Shown: positions 49,343 through 60,778 of the stretch, in pieces | How positions within the stretch are numbered: position 1 is the first letter of the stretch | Layout of the letters: the number at the start of each line of letters is the position of its first letter | Assembly: GCA_023137195.1 (NCBI GenBank) | Contig: JAGLPV010000001.1 | Coordinates: 32,001-96,000 of the forward strand | Direction of reading: 5' to 3' | Source: Candidatus Aenigmatarchaeota archaeon | GTDB lineage: Archaea > EX4484-52 | Length of the DNA: 64,000 bases | Translations under genes and position numbers: made by a program | The notes under the pieces: model-generated | What the model saw: the letters and a program-made list of their open reading frames with translations, nothing else | What the model was told of the DNA's origin: nothing | Database searches by the model: none

Positions 49343-51160
49343 ATGATGAAAATTAATGAATGGTTTGAAAAAAACAGATTCAAAGCCACCAGTTTCTCTA
49401 ACATAAAGCGTCTTTTGGGTTTAAAGAAGGAGAAGGGCGTGACCATTAGTCTTTGTATACCAACAATGAATGAAGCGGAGACGATAGGGAAGGTTATAGA
49501 TGTTATTAAGCCAAAGCTCATGGATAAATACGGGCTTCTGGACGAAATCATCGTGTTGGATGGTGGCTCAACAGATGCAACAAAAGAAATTGTGGAAAAA
49601 AAAGGAGTCAAATTTTTTTATGATTATGAGATACTAAAAAGATACAGGACTGTGGGTGGTAAAGGAGATGCTCTTTGGAAAGCTTTGTATGTTTCAAAAG
49701 GAGATATTATTGTTTATGTTGATGCAGATATAAAAAATATCCATACTAGATTTGTATATGGTCTTGTCGGGCCGCTTCTTTCAAACGATAAGATTGGGTT
49801 TGTCAAGGCATTTTACAGGAGACCAATAAAGGTAGGAGGACAGATAATGCCATTGGGTGGCGGTAGGGTGACGGAACTTTTGATTAGACCTCTTTTCAAT
49901 ATGTATTTTCCACGCCTTAGTGCATTCATACAGCCGCTTTCAGGAGAGTATGCGGGCAGAAGAGAAATTCTTGAGAAAGTCTCTTTCTTTACAGGATATG
50001 GGGTTGAGACAGGGCTTTTAATTGATATAAATAAGAAGTTCGGGCTGAAGAGCATGGCACAGGCAAACCTTAAAAAAAGGGTTCACAGGAACCAGAGTCT
50101 TGCTTCTTTGAGCAACATGTCTTTTGGTATATTACAGGTATTTGCCAAGAGAGCAAATACACTGGGAAAATTGATTCAGGTAAAAAATATAAGGCGTAGT
50201 TACAAGGTCATAGAAAGATACAGCGATGAAAACAATAAGATGGATTACCAAATAAAACCCAAGATAATAAAAGAAAAGCAGAGGCCACCCATGATAACAA
50301 TCAGCGAGTATAGAAAGAAGTTTAAAAAAGAGGCGGATCCCGTGTGGGAAACTTACAATATGCAAAAAATAGTTTATACTGATCTTGACGGGACGTTGAT
50401 TAATCATCATACTTATTCTTATGAGGATTCTCTTGAGGCAATAAATCTCTTAAAAAAGAACAAGGTGCCTATTGTGATATGCACAAGCAAGACACGCGTA
50501 GAAATTGAAAGATTCCGGGAGGAATTAAATATAACAGATCCTTTTATTTCTGAAAATGGAGGAGCTATTTTCATTCCAAAGGACTATTTTAACTTTGATT
50601 TCAATTACGATAAAGAGACTCCAGAGTATAAAATAATTGAGCTCGGGACATCGATAAATTTCCTTTTAAAGTCCTTGGACAAAATCAAAAAGAAAGGATA
50701 TAAGATAGTTAATTTTTCGGGTATGTCTGCAGAAGAACTTTCAAAAGATTCAGGATTGGATTTGGAAGCTGCGAAAGGAGCTAAGATGAGAGAGTATGAT
50801 GAGGCTTTTAAGATAGAGGATGAGAGTCAAAAAGATGAAATTCTTGAGTTGATTGAAAAAGAAGGGTATAACTATACTGCAGGAGGAAGATATTATCATC
50901 TCTTAAGAGGAAATGACAAGGGAAAAGCGGTTTTGTTATTAAAAGATTTGTTCAGGAAAAAATACGCGGAAGAGGAGAAAAATATAAAGACCATAGGATT
51001 GGGAGATGGCTTAAATGACATACCTATGCTGGGTGCGGTAGACATACCTATTCTCGTAAAAAATCCAGCTCACCCTAAAATAGCCATCAATTTTAATGTA
51101 AAGAGAACAAGACTTGTCGGACCAAAAGGGTGGAACAAGGCAATAAAAGAATTATTCTAG
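49343..51160 (+). CDS. Fused glucosyl-3-phosphoglycerate synthase plus HAD-IIB (MPG/GPG) phosphatase
   Basis: GT2 part: GKGDALWK, YVDAD, GGRVTEL, QPLSGEYA, HRNQ; HAD part: TDLDGT, SKTR.E, ENGG, GDGLND. Confidence 0.9.
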   Translation: MMKINEWFEKNRFKATSFSNIKRLLGLKKEKGVTISLCIPTMNEAETIGKVIDVIKPKLMDKYGLLDEIIVLDGGSTDATKEIVEKKGVKFFYDYEILKRYRTVGGKGDALWKALYVSKGDIIVYVDADIKNIHTRFVYGLVGPLLSNDKIGFVKAFYRRPIKVGGQIMPLGGGRVTELLIRPLFNMYFPRLSAFIQPLSGEYAGRREILEKVSFFTGYGVETGLLIDINKKFGLKSMAQANLKKRVHRNQSLASLSNMSFGILQVFAKRANTLGKLIQVKNIRRSYKVIERYSDENNKMDYQIKPKIIKEKQRPPMITISEYRKKFKKEADPVWETYNMQKIVYTDLDGTLINHHTYSYEDSLEAINLLKKNKVPIVICTSKTRVEIERFREELNITDPFISENGGAIFIPKDYFNFDFNYDKETPEYKIIELGTSINFLLKSLDKIKKKGYKIVNFSGMSAEELSKDSGLDLEAAKGAKMREYDEAFKIEDESQKDEILELIEKEGYNYTAGGRYYHLLRGNDKGKAVLLLKDLFRKKYAEEEKNIKTIGLGDGLNDIPMLGAVDIPILVKNPAHPKIAINFNVKRTRLVGPKGWNKAIKELF

Positions 51161-52344
51161 ACAAGTTTTTTTTCTTTCAGCTTAAGATATGCAAGCATGT
51201 ATTCGGTGTGAGCCCATGTAAGGGGTATAACCCAATAAGCCACATCGTTTTTTTTGAAATCTACAGAACGCATAACTTTTTCGGCTTCTTTTCTTCGTCC
51301 GCTTTTATAATACCTGCCGACTTCTTTTGCTTCATTTTGCCATATTAAAAAGTCTTCTTTTGTGGAGACATGTTCTGGTATAAGCCCGCCTTTGTTGTAT
51401 TTCATGAACCAGTCAAAATACTTTTTTGCGTTTTTTAGGTCTCCTTCATCCAGGTAATACTGCGCCATCCATCCGGTGTACATGCCATATGGACCGTATC
51501 CCCCATTATTCCTGCCGGGTTTTCCGTGTTTTCTCATGTGTCTGCGTATGCCGCCCAGTTTTTTGTCATAAAGTTCTTTTTCGATATACTCTGCGGTATT
51601 TTTTATAATCCTGTTGTTTGGAGGCAGCAACTCAAGAATATACATGCCTAACTCAGATATATCAGCATCATATATATTTTTGTTGTTTGTCAACTTGATG
51701 AAATGCCCGTCCTTTACTAATTTCTTCATGATGGCGTCTTTGAGTTCTTCTTCGATTTCCATCCATTTGCGTTTATCTTCGTGCTCTCCAAGTAGTTCTG
51801 CAATCTCCCGGCTTGCCTTGAAGCCGGCGCAAGCGCATGAATTTGCCCATATCTCAAATCCTGCTTCCATGGGAGGCCATTCATGTATAGAATTCATTGA
51901 ATATACAAGTCGCTCTTCCTTTATGAAATGCTCTTCTAAAAAACGCGTTCCCAGATAAATGGCGTTCCAATGTTTTTTTAGGAAATCTATGTCTTTGGTG
52001 TGGTCGTAATATTTTTTTATCATGTAAAGGACCAGCCCATTACAGTCGACCTGGGATGGTCTGTAGCTTGCAGGTTTACCGTCAGGAGTATATCTTTGGT
52101 GCCATTCGCCTGTTTCTCCTACAAGACCTAAAACAAATTTAAGCGTTTTTTTTACCTTTCTGTATTGACCTGCTTCAAGCATGGTTCGAAGTATCAGCAT
52201 GCAATCCCGAGGATAAAGATACGGGTATCTTCTGTCTTTTGGACTTGCAAGAATCGCACCATTTTTCATGGTCACCGAATCTATAACTTCCAGACTCTTC
52301 AAATATATATTTTCAAGTTCTTTCTTTTCATTTTCATCAAACAT
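51157..52344 (-). CDS. GH15/glucoamylase-like (alpha/alpha)6 glycoside hydrolase
   Basis: GAILASP, Y.YPRD, QVD, IHE, LIPEH, PLTWAH. Confidence 0.8.
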   Translation of the reverse strand: MFDENEKKELENIYLKSLEVIDSVTMKNGAILASPKDRRYPYLYPRDCMLILRTMLEAGQYRKVKKTLKFVLGLVGETGEWHQRYTPDGKPASYRPSQVDCNGLVLYMIKKYYDHTKDIDFLKKHWNAIYLGTRFLEEHFIKEERLVYSMNSIHEWPPMEAGFEIWANSCACAGFKASREIAELLGEHEDKRKWMEIEEELKDAIMKKLVKDGHFIKLTNNKNIYDADISELGMYILELLPPNNRIIKNTAEYIEKELYDKKLGGIRRHMRKHGKPGRNNGGYGPYGMYTGWMAQYYLDEGDLKNAKKYFDWFMKYNKGGLIPEHVSTKEDFLIWQNEAKEVGRYYKSGRRKEAEKVMRSVDFKKNDVAYWVIPLTWAHTEYMLAYLKLKEKKLV

Positions 52345-52566
52345 ATCAGCACCCTATAAATCGTTAAATAAGCATAATCTCTCAGTTTTTCCTTTTTCCA
52401 TAAGAACACATTTTCATATAATATTTTTTTATATGTATTTATTAATATATAAGCTTTTCGCTTATTTTAACTTGATGTAATATCCTAATATTATTGCATG
52501 GTGAATTTAATTTAAATCAAAAAGTCTAATAAATTAGATTTTTAATATGATTCTTTTTATAATTTT

Positions 52567-53250
52567 ATGAGAATAGGAGCATTGCTTTCAGGGGGGAAGG
52601 ACTCTTTGTTTGCACTTTATTTAATGAAGCAAAAAAAGCATGACATTTCATGTGTCATGACAATGAAGCCCGTGTCGGATGAGAGTTATATGTTTCATTA
52701 TCCAAATATCGATCTTGTAAAGACACAGGCAAAGCTCATGGACATTCCTTATATTGAAAATACAACAAAGGGCGAAAAAGAGAAAGAATTATCTGACTTA
52801 GAAGCACTCATAAAAGAAGCAAAAGAAAAATACAACTTTGATGGCATCTGTACTGGAGCGATAAATAGCAATTACCAGAAATCAAGAATTGATGCAATTG
52901 CAGGAAAACTTGAATTAAAGTCATTTGCTCCTTTGTGGGAAAGAGACCCGGAATCTTTGCTTAAAGAGATGTTTGACAGCAATTTTGAAATCATCATCAC
53001 CAATGTTGCGGCAGAGGGGCTGGATGAGAGTTATCTGGGCAAGAATTTAAAGGATGTTTTTGAGCATTTGAAAGAATTAAATCAAAAATATGCCCTTCAT
53101 ATGGCAGGAGAGGGTGGAGAGTATGAGACTCTGGTATTGTACTGCCCTCTTTTCAGCAAGAAAATCTCTGTATTGGAGAGTAAAAAAATCACTGATAAAA
53201 AAACAGGCAGCGCTATGCTGTTGATTGAGAAAATAGCTCAAAATGAATAA
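52567..53250 (+). CDS. dph6: Diphthine-ammonia ligase
   Basis: SGGKDS, SYMFH, PLW, GEGGEYET. Confidence 0.9.
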   Translation: MRIGALLSGGKDSLFALYLMKQKKHDISCVMTMKPVSDESYMFHYPNIDLVKTQAKLMDIPYIENTTKGEKEKELSDLEALIKEAKEKYNFDGICTGAINSNYQKSRIDAIAGKLELKSFAPLWERDPESLLKEMFDSNFEIIITNVAAEGLDESYLGKNLKDVFEHLKELNQKYALHMAGEGGEYETLVLYCPLFSKKISVLESKKITDKKTGSAMLLIEKIAQNE

Positions 53251-53373
53251 AAAACATCTAAAATCACTTCTGGATGCTTAAATAAGGGGTTATAATAGTA
53301 AAGCGATAAAAAACCAGCTTTTTAAGCACCAAAACATTTATAAATATCAGATTGCTAAAATTATAAACTAAAA

Positions 53374-53862
53374 GTGATAAATATGAATTTCAATACAATG
53401 ATATCAAATATGCAAAACCTTGGCTTTTACGACTTTGTACTGCCTTGGTTGTTGTTTTTGTGCATAATATATGTAATAATGCTAAAAGCACCGTTCTTAC
53501 AGGACAGAGAAGTAGATAAAAAGAGAGTGTCCATTTTAATAGCCGCAATAATTTCCTTCTTTATAATAAACTATCCGGTTGCAGGGTCTTCTTTTGGAGT
53601 GTACTTGACCGTATTGTTTGGAAATACAGGTATGTATATTGCAGCAGGTCTGGTATTGATAATACTACTGGGAATGTTTGGAATAAATATAGGTGATTTA
53701 GGAGAAAAAAAATACATTGGTTGGACTATATTGCTTGCAGTAATAATACTATTCCTTTATGGTGGATCTACTATAGGTACAATGGCAATATCATCATCTA
53801 TGTTATCTGTAGTATTTGTGGTATTACTAATGCTGGCAGCAATGTATTTCATTAGTGGATAA
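53374..53862 (+). CDS. Conserved archaeal membrane protein
   Basis: GFYDFVLPWLLF, about 5 TM helices. Confidence 0.65.
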   Translation: MINMNFNTMISNMQNLGFYDFVLPWLLFLCIIYVIMLKAPFLQDREVDKKRVSILIAAIISFFIINYPVAGSSFGVYLTVLFGNTGMYIAAGLVLIILLGMFGINIGDLGEKKYIGWTILLAVIILFLYGGSTIGTMAISSSMLSVVFVVLLMLAAMYFISG

Positions 53863-54997
53863 ATCTAACAAGACATTTTCTTTTTTTATGTCTTTTTTTT
53901 CTTATTTTAAAAATATTTTTTGTTTTGAAAATAAAAGGTCTTTTTCTGTTGAAGAGCAGGTACAGGAGTATTTGAATAAAGAGCAAAGGCAGGTCGTAGA
54001 AGAAATAAAGGAGATTTTTAGCGAAAAGGATAATTTTGTTTTGTTCGTACATAAAAATGCTGACCCGGACTCTTTATGCAGTGCAATTGTTCTTGCATCT
54101 GTATTAAAGGGATTAGGCAAGAAGGCAAGAGTTGTTGCATTGGAAAGAATAAACAGCCAGTCCAAAAAGATCATATCACATTACCCATATCCTGTTTCAT
54201 ATGACTATGATTTTAACAATGAAGAAAGTGACGATGTGTATTTGATTTTGGATGCCCCTGATTTTTCTTCCATACGTCCCGACATTAAAATCCCGGAACA
54301 TAAAAAAATAATAATTATAGATCATCACAATCCCTCCAAAAAAAAGTACAAGAGTGAAGTAAAATTTATAGATTCAAATGCATCATCGACAGCAGTTCTT
54401 GTTTATATGCTGGTAAAATTCATCGATTATAGGATTACAAGAGAGATTGCGGTATTTTTGCTTCTGGGGATTGTTGCAGACACGGGATTTTTAAAGCGGA
54501 CAAATAACATAGATTTTATTGCTCTTTTTGAACTAACACAGTATGAGTGCATAAATAATATTTCTACTTTGTTAAAGAAAGAAAAAGACATGAACGAACG
54601 TCTGGAGAACTTAAAAGCATTATCGAGATTGAAAATATATCAATTTGGTGATGATCTGTTGGTAGGATATACTTATGCTGGTTCTTATGGAGCATCCATT
54701 GCATTGTCGCACATGTATGCAGGTTGCGATGTCATATTTGTTGAAACAAGAGGTAAGAATAATATGTCATTGAGTGCCAGATCAAGAAGGCATCTTGAAA
54801 ATAGACTTAATCTTGCGACATTAATACATAATATTGCCAGAAAATACAGAGATTATAAGGGTACTGGTGGAGGTCATAGGACAGCTGCTTCCATGCAACT
54901 GATGGTGTCTAACAAAATTTCTATAAATTTAGAGGGGCAAATAATACACTCTCTTGAGAAATCACTGGATAAAAAGTCCAAAGTCATAAAAATATAG
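53855..54997 (+). CDS. DHH family phosphoesterase
   Basis: H.NADPD, IDHH, GIVADT, GGGH..AA. Confidence 0.9.
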   Translation: MDKSNKTFSFFMSFFSYFKNIFCFENKRSFSVEEQVQEYLNKEQRQVVEEIKEIFSEKDNFVLFVHKNADPDSLCSAIVLASVLKGLGKKARVVALERINSQSKKIISHYPYPVSYDYDFNNEESDDVYLILDAPDFSSIRPDIKIPEHKKIIIIDHHNPSKKKYKSEVKFIDSNASSTAVLVYMLVKFIDYRITREIAVFLLLGIVADTGFLKRTNNIDFIALFELTQYECINNISTLLKKEKDMNERLENLKALSRLKIYQFGDDLLVGYTYAGSYGASIALSHMYAGCDVIFVETRGKNNMSLSARSRRHLENRLNLATLIHNIARKYRDYKGTGGGHRTAASMQLMVSNKISINLEGQIIHSLEKSLDKKSKVIKI

Positions 54998-55120
54998 AAT
55001 AGATTGAAAAACAGTAAAAACAGTCGCACAAAATGAATTTTTGTGTCGTAAATGTAGTTCTATGCTGGTTTATATTGCAGCTAAAACATTTTTATATAAT
55101 TAATATACACTTAATTTATA

Positions 55121-55981
55121 ATGGAAAAAAAAACTGGTTTTTTAAAAGATAAGAATAAGCGGAATTTTGTTTATGTTTTAATGGCGAGTTTATTTTCAGC
55201 GGTGATTTTGCAGATAATAAAATTTTATTTTATTGATATTTTAACCAAAACTGTTTCCTCCCTGTTTGATGTTTTTTCTGTTTTTGTTCTTGTCGTTCCA
55301 ATTTCAGTCCTGATTTATAATGCCAGAAAAAGAGAAAAAGAAAGAGAAAGGATATTTCCTATATTTTTAAAGGACATAGTCGAGGGGATACGAGGGGGCA
55401 TGAGCCTTCCTCTTGCCATAGACAATACATCCCTCAATAATTATGGTGTTTTGACAGAAGATGTAAAAAAACTGGCGTCGAAAATATCCTGGGGAATTCC
55501 ATTTGAGCGGGCGTTTCTTGATTTTTCAAGAAATACAAAAAGCAAAGTTATAAGACGTTCTATTGCCACAATAATTGAAGTTTACAGGAGTGGTGGAAAA
55601 ATAGCAGATGTGTTGGACTCTGTGGGAAATTCTGCTTTTGAAATAGAGTTCCTGAGAAAGGAGCGGGAGTCAACAATCTCTTCGCAGGTAATAAGAGGTT
55701 ATCTGATTTTTTTTATTTTTGTCCTTGTGCTGGTCGGGATGTTGAAATTTCTTGTGCCTGTTTTATCGGTTCCGATGTCGACAGGCATAGAGGTATCCAC
55801 CGACACTCCCCCCATAGATACTTCAAAGTATAATGTTATTTTTCTGCATATTGCAATAATAGAAGGTATTTTTACAGGGTTGTCTGTTGGAAAACTCGCA
55901 GGGGGGTCTATGAATGATGGTGTTTATCATGCTGTAATTTTAGGTCTGTCCGGGTATATAATGTTAATATTTTTTATATGA
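55121..55981 (+). CDS. Type IV pilus/T2SS F-family protein (TadB/C-like)
   Basis: FP.FLKD...RGGMSL, YG.L, ISWG.PF, SGG.I..VL. Confidence 0.85.
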   Translation: MEKKTGFLKDKNKRNFVYVLMASLFSAVILQIIKFYFIDILTKTVSSLFDVFSVFVLVVPISVLIYNARKREKERERIFPIFLKDIVEGIRGGMSLPLAIDNTSLNNYGVLTEDVKKLASKISWGIPFERAFLDFSRNTKSKVIRRSIATIIEVYRSGGKIADVLDSVGNSAFEIEFLRKERESTISSQVIRGYLIFFIFVLVLVGMLKFLVPVLSVPMSTGIEVSTDTPPIDTSKYNVIFLHIAIIEGIFTGLSVGKLAGGSMNDGVYHAVILGLSGYIMLIFFI

Positions 55982-56419
55982 ATTTATATTTTTTGCATAT
56001 GGGCGTAAATAAGGATAAATATTTTCGCATCTTGTGAATTAAATAAGTTCTAAATAAATTTTTCAACTATATCGCGGCACAAAAGTAATGCGGCGTTATA
56101 TAATCTCAAACACAATATTGAGAGTATACCAATTGCGTCTTTGAATATATTTGCCTGCTTAACTTTCGAATTTTATTCGTAGTCAAATATACCAGAAGAA
56201 CACATAAATGCTATCAACTATCAATTGTATTTTTTTGCATTATTTTCTGCTGTGTATAAATGGTAAGCAGAAAATAAGCTTAAAATTAGTATTTTACGCA
56301 AGGATTTTGTTATTGTTGTATAAATTTCAAGGATACAATAACAAAACATTGGAAGTAGTAAATGGTGTAAGGAAACATCCATTGAACTTTTATGATTATT
56401 TGTGTGTTCTGCTATAAAA

Positions 56420-57028
<609 letters not shown>

Positions 57029-57032
57029 TTAA

Positions 57033-57455
57033 TTATTTTTTCTTTATTTTTCCTTTCAATAAGGCATCCAAGGATTGTCCGTTGATTTTGATGACTCTCC
57101 ATTTTACTGATGCCAAAGACCCTACTGGTCCGTTGTTTGAACCACCCTGTCCTGCGATGGTTACTTCATCCTGTTCTTTTATGAATCCCATCGCGCCTGT
57201 TCCAGGACAGAATACAGTTATCTGTTTGCCATTCTTTATTAACTGTACTCTAACGCATTTAATTAAACCTGAATGTGGCTGTTTTTGTTCTATCTGCCTT
57301 TTTTCAAGAACTATTCCTTTTGCCTGCGGACATCCTTCAAGAGGATCTGATTTAGCTCTCAGGCGGAGAGTTCTGGTGACATATGTTTTGCTCTTCCATT
57401 TTTTGGCTTTTATGTGCTTTTTTATGTCTCTTCCAGCGTATAATCCTTTTGCCAT
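57033..57455 (-). CDS. rps12: 30S ribosomal protein uS12 (divergent)
   Basis: DPLEG.PQAKGIVLEK, KCVRVQLIKNGKQ. Confidence 0.93.
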   Translation of the reverse strand: MAKGLYAGRDIKKHIKAKKWKSKTYVTRTLRLRAKSDPLEGCPQAKGIVLEKRQIEQKQPHSGLIKCVRVQLIKNGKQITVFCPGTGAMGFIKEQDEVTIAGQGGSNNGPVGSLASVKWRVIKINGQSLDALLKGKIKKK

Positions 57456-57543
57456 AATCTATATTAAGAATACAGTAATATTAAAAATGTTTATATGTTG
57501 AGGTTGCATAAGGTTTTTAAAGATTTTTTAGTTTGCATATGTT

Positions 57544-58035
57544 ATGACAGCAGCAAACGGTCGCAAAAAGTGCGAAAAGCAAAGGGCATCAAGAACTCAC
57601 GGATGGGGTTCTCCAAAAAAGCACAGAGGTGCAGGAAGTAGAGGAGGACGTGGAAATGCCGGAAGAGGTAAGAAAGGACAGCAGAAAATGAGTTTGTTGA
57701 ATTCGCTTCATGTTAGGAATATTGGAAAACACGGTTTTGTCAACAAGACAAAGAAGAACGTTGTTTCAATAAATCTTGGCGTTTTATGCTCTAAAATAGA
57801 ATTATTAAAGGAACTGGAACTGGTAGAGAAAAAAGATAGCAGTTATGTGATTGACATGGATGCAATTGGTTATGATAAATTGCTTGGTGGAGGTCAGATT
57901 CCGGACTTTAAAGAAAAAATCATTATCAAAACATCTTCATGCACTCCTATTGCAAAGGAAAAGATAGAAAAGCATCCAAATTTGAGTTTGGTGGATGCTG
58001 TAGTAGGAGAGAAGGAAGTTGAGCAGAGTGCTTAA
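57544..58035 (+). CDS. rpl15: 50S ribosomal protein uL15
   Basis: SRTHGWG..KKHRGAGSRGGRGNAG, YDKLLGGG. Confidence 0.92.
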   Translation: MTAANGRKKCEKQRASRTHGWGSPKKHRGAGSRGGRGNAGRGKKGQQKMSLLNSLHVRNIGKHGFVNKTKKNVVSINLGVLCSKIELLKELELVEKKDSSYVIDMDAIGYDKLLGGGQIPDFKEKIIIKTSSCTPIAKEKIEKHPNLSLVDAVVGEKEVEQSA

Positions 58036-58037
58036 TT

Positions 58038-60626
58038 TTAAAGAATATTTTTCAGCCAACCGACAAGACTATCGATTAACCCTTTCTTTTTTACGTGAAT
58101 TGTTCTTCCGGTTATTGTGTTTTCGTTTTGCTTTGTAGATAGATTGTTTGTAAAAGAGTTTTCATCTGCGTTAAAAATACTTGTTTCAATTGTTTTATTG
58201 GTCAGAACAGAACATGCAGTGTACTTTTTTACATTGTCAAAGTTATATTCTGCAATAAAAAACACTTCCGAATCTGAATTTATAGAGTTAAAATAAAGTG
58301 TTTTCTGTCTTTTAATAGAATATGTTTTTTCTTTTTCTGTTAAGCCAAAACTATGCAATGTGAAATTGATTTCTTCTTTGTGTTTGTTTTTTATCACTAC
58401 TTTTATTTTTTCATCTGCATTTGAGCAGGATAATTCTGCTCCTGTATTGGAGCTTTTTTGCTCTTTTGCGTTGTCGCTAGAGGTTCCATTCCATTCTAAG
58501 ATTCCTTTGATTTCAATACCAGAAGTACTATCTGTTTTTTTGCCGGTTGTCCAATCAGTAACCCTTATCCTGTAATTGTAAAACCCTTCTTCAATATCTT
58601 CCTTTATTGTATTTTCCAGAATGATTTTTTTGGACCCGTATGCGCCAAGATGGATTTCTTTTTCATTTGGGATCCATCCACCTGTGTTTGCAATTTTTTG
58701 TGACGAATAAATATATGATTTTACCTTGCAGATTTTTGTTTTGGATTCGGTGTTTTTTAGGGTAAATGATATATTGATTTTTTCATTGCGTTTTGCGATT
58801 TTTTGGAGATTAACATTTTCAATGTCATAGGAGCCATATGTTGGAGTGGCTGAATTGCCTGTGCCGTATGTTTTGGTAATCGTTTTGATAGGGCATTCAT
58901 TTTGCCCGCTTATTTCTATCTGGGTTTCTTCCCTGAAATCAGAATAATCCTCCCATTTACATTCTGCCTTATTGTATCTGCATATGCGGCAGGACAGGGC
59001 GTATTCGCCGGTATCATAGTACTGGTCGCAGTTAGGATACGCAAATATAGGAATAAAGACATCGTAATTTTCCCCTCTTTCTGTACTTATCTGGATTGCT
59101 GTATTTTGTGAGCAGTAGTTGCTGGTTATTTTGCTGCCAACAAAATCAGCCAAAATGCCTTTCCTGTTGTAGCCGTTGCAGACAAATTTCAGGTCCTGAC
59201 CGCAATTGCCTGAAAAATATTCTGTATGCACAACTGCAAAAGAGTTGAACAGAAGTGACAGTTGTGTTGTTTTTATAGCAAAGGTCGGCTCTCCTAAATC
59301 TTCCAGACCGGAGATGTTTATCTTTTCTTCTTCTCCTGATTTTTCAATGAGTTCTTCTCCGATGCTGAAAATTATTTTCGGATATATTTTTGAGGTTTGG
59401 GTTATTGAATCATGTGGGACTGTCCAGTTGCAGTTTATAATATTGCTTGAGTTGTTTAGTATTTCTGCCATATTGCAATATAGTATTTCATCAGAGTCTC
59501 CACCGGTTGCTGTTTTTAATTTTTCAATGATTAAATATGCGCTTACATTGTATTGTTTTGATTCATTGTTTGTTATACTCATACTTATATTTAATGTATC
59601 ATTTATCTTCAGATTTAATCCAGAACTATTCCACGAATCTATAAAGATATTTCCTATGCCGGCATAATTAAAAAAAGCAGTAGATGTAATGTATGATTTG
59701 CCTGTCTTGTTTTTAGAAGACTTGTCGAGGTTAAATCTTGCATAGCATTTGTATTCTCCCGCAAGAGCATTTTCCGGGATGTTCCATGTTAAGTTGTTGG
59801 TAAGGTTGCTTAGGTTTGTTACATCAATAGGGATATTAATATTTTGTTCGATGATAATCCAGTCTTGTGGGTATTCTTCCATGTCAATGCGTTTGAATTT
59901 TATGGATAAAGTTCCGTTTATGGTTGAATTGAATGAGTTGGTTATGTTTCCTGTGAGAATTACTTCTTCCCCGATATCAAAATTATTTTTATTTATTCCT
60001 ATATTTAGGTTCAATTCATTATTTGTTTTTGGTTCATTTTCATCGGGAGAGGAGCAATTGTTTTTCGTTCCCGGCGTTGGGATTGCAGAGCACCAGTTGT
60101 TCATGTCTGAAGAATTTCCTGTTGAATTGATTTTTTGCAGTGAATTTCCGTTTTTTGCTTCCGGCCATCCTGTAGATTTGTTATAATTAACAAAATCTGC
60201 ACAAGTGCTTTTATTGTTTAAGATAATTATCTCTCCTGAATCAGACAGTCCTCCACATAAGCTGCTTACATCAACATGCAGTGCCAAAGAAGTATCAGAA
60301 ATATTAAAATAGCTGTAAACTAATGTTCCACTTCCTCCGTCAGTGATAATTGCATATTGTTTTGGCAGAAGGACCATTGTATTGTTGGCATAAATGTTTT
60401 TGTCTGTCTCGTTTACATATCCTGCCAGCAAATTCTTTTGGCAAAGTTGCCATTGAGTTAAATCAACAGATTCGTTTGAAGGATTATGGAGTTCTATCCA
60501 TTCACAATGAGATGCCGAACATTGATCTGGACTATACATCACTTCATTAATCACAACCTGCCCAAAACACGGAAGAGCTAAGAATAGAACAAAAAACAAA
60601 AACATGTATTTTGTTGAATTATACAT
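58038..60626 (-). CDS. Secreted lamin-tail-domain / Ig-like surface protein
   Basis: Signal peptide, VVINEVMY, EWIEL.N, PTPG..N; Asn-rich with many N-x-S/T sequons. Confidence 0.8.
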   Translation of the reverse strand: MYNSTKYMFLFFVLFLALPCFGQVVINEVMYSPDQCSASHCEWIELHNPSNESVDLTQWQLCQKNLLAGYVNETDKNIYANNTMVLLPKQYAIITDGGSGTLVYSYFNISDTSLALHVDVSSLCGGLSDSGEIIILNNKSTCADFVNYNKSTGWPEAKNGNSLQKINSTGNSSDMNNWCSAIPTPGTKNNCSSPDENEPKTNNELNLNIGINKNNFDIGEEVILTGNITNSFNSTINGTLSIKFKRIDMEEYPQDWIIIEQNINIPIDVTNLSNLTNNLTWNIPENALAGEYKCYARFNLDKSSKNKTGKSYITSTAFFNYAGIGNIFIDSWNSSGLNLKINDTLNISMSITNNESKQYNVSAYLIIEKLKTATGGDSDEILYCNMAEILNNSSNIINCNWTVPHDSITQTSKIYPKIIFSIGEELIEKSGEEEKINISGLEDLGEPTFAIKTTQLSLLFNSFAVVHTEYFSGNCGQDLKFVCNGYNRKGILADFVGSKITSNYCSQNTAIQISTERGENYDVFIPIFAYPNCDQYYDTGEYALSCRICRYNKAECKWEDYSDFREETQIEISGQNECPIKTITKTYGTGNSATPTYGSYDIENVNLQKIAKRNEKINISFTLKNTESKTKICKVKSYIYSSQKIANTGGWIPNEKEIHLGAYGSKKIILENTIKEDIEEGFYNYRIRVTDWTTGKKTDSTSGIEIKGILEWNGTSSDNAKEQKSSNTGAELSCSNADEKIKVVIKNKHKEEINFTLHSFGLTEKEKTYSIKRQKTLYFNSINSDSEVFFIAEYNFDNVKKYTACSVLTNKTIETSIFNADENSFTNNLSTKQNENTITGRTIHVKKKGLIDSLVGWLKNIL

Positions 60627-60778
60627 ACCTGATTTTGAATAAGAATTTTAAATAGATTTATATTTTGTCTATATACTCCCTTGTTGTTGGTCTTTGGATG
60701 AGGTAGGATTATTTAAAAAAAATAAGATGCAATAAAAGAAAACTTTAAATATATTAATTGATTAATTGATAATGTACT

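Noticed and set aside
55985-56417. Short ORFs in the gap between the T2SS-F gene and rps7
   Set aside because: No recognisable motifs or convincing RNA structure.
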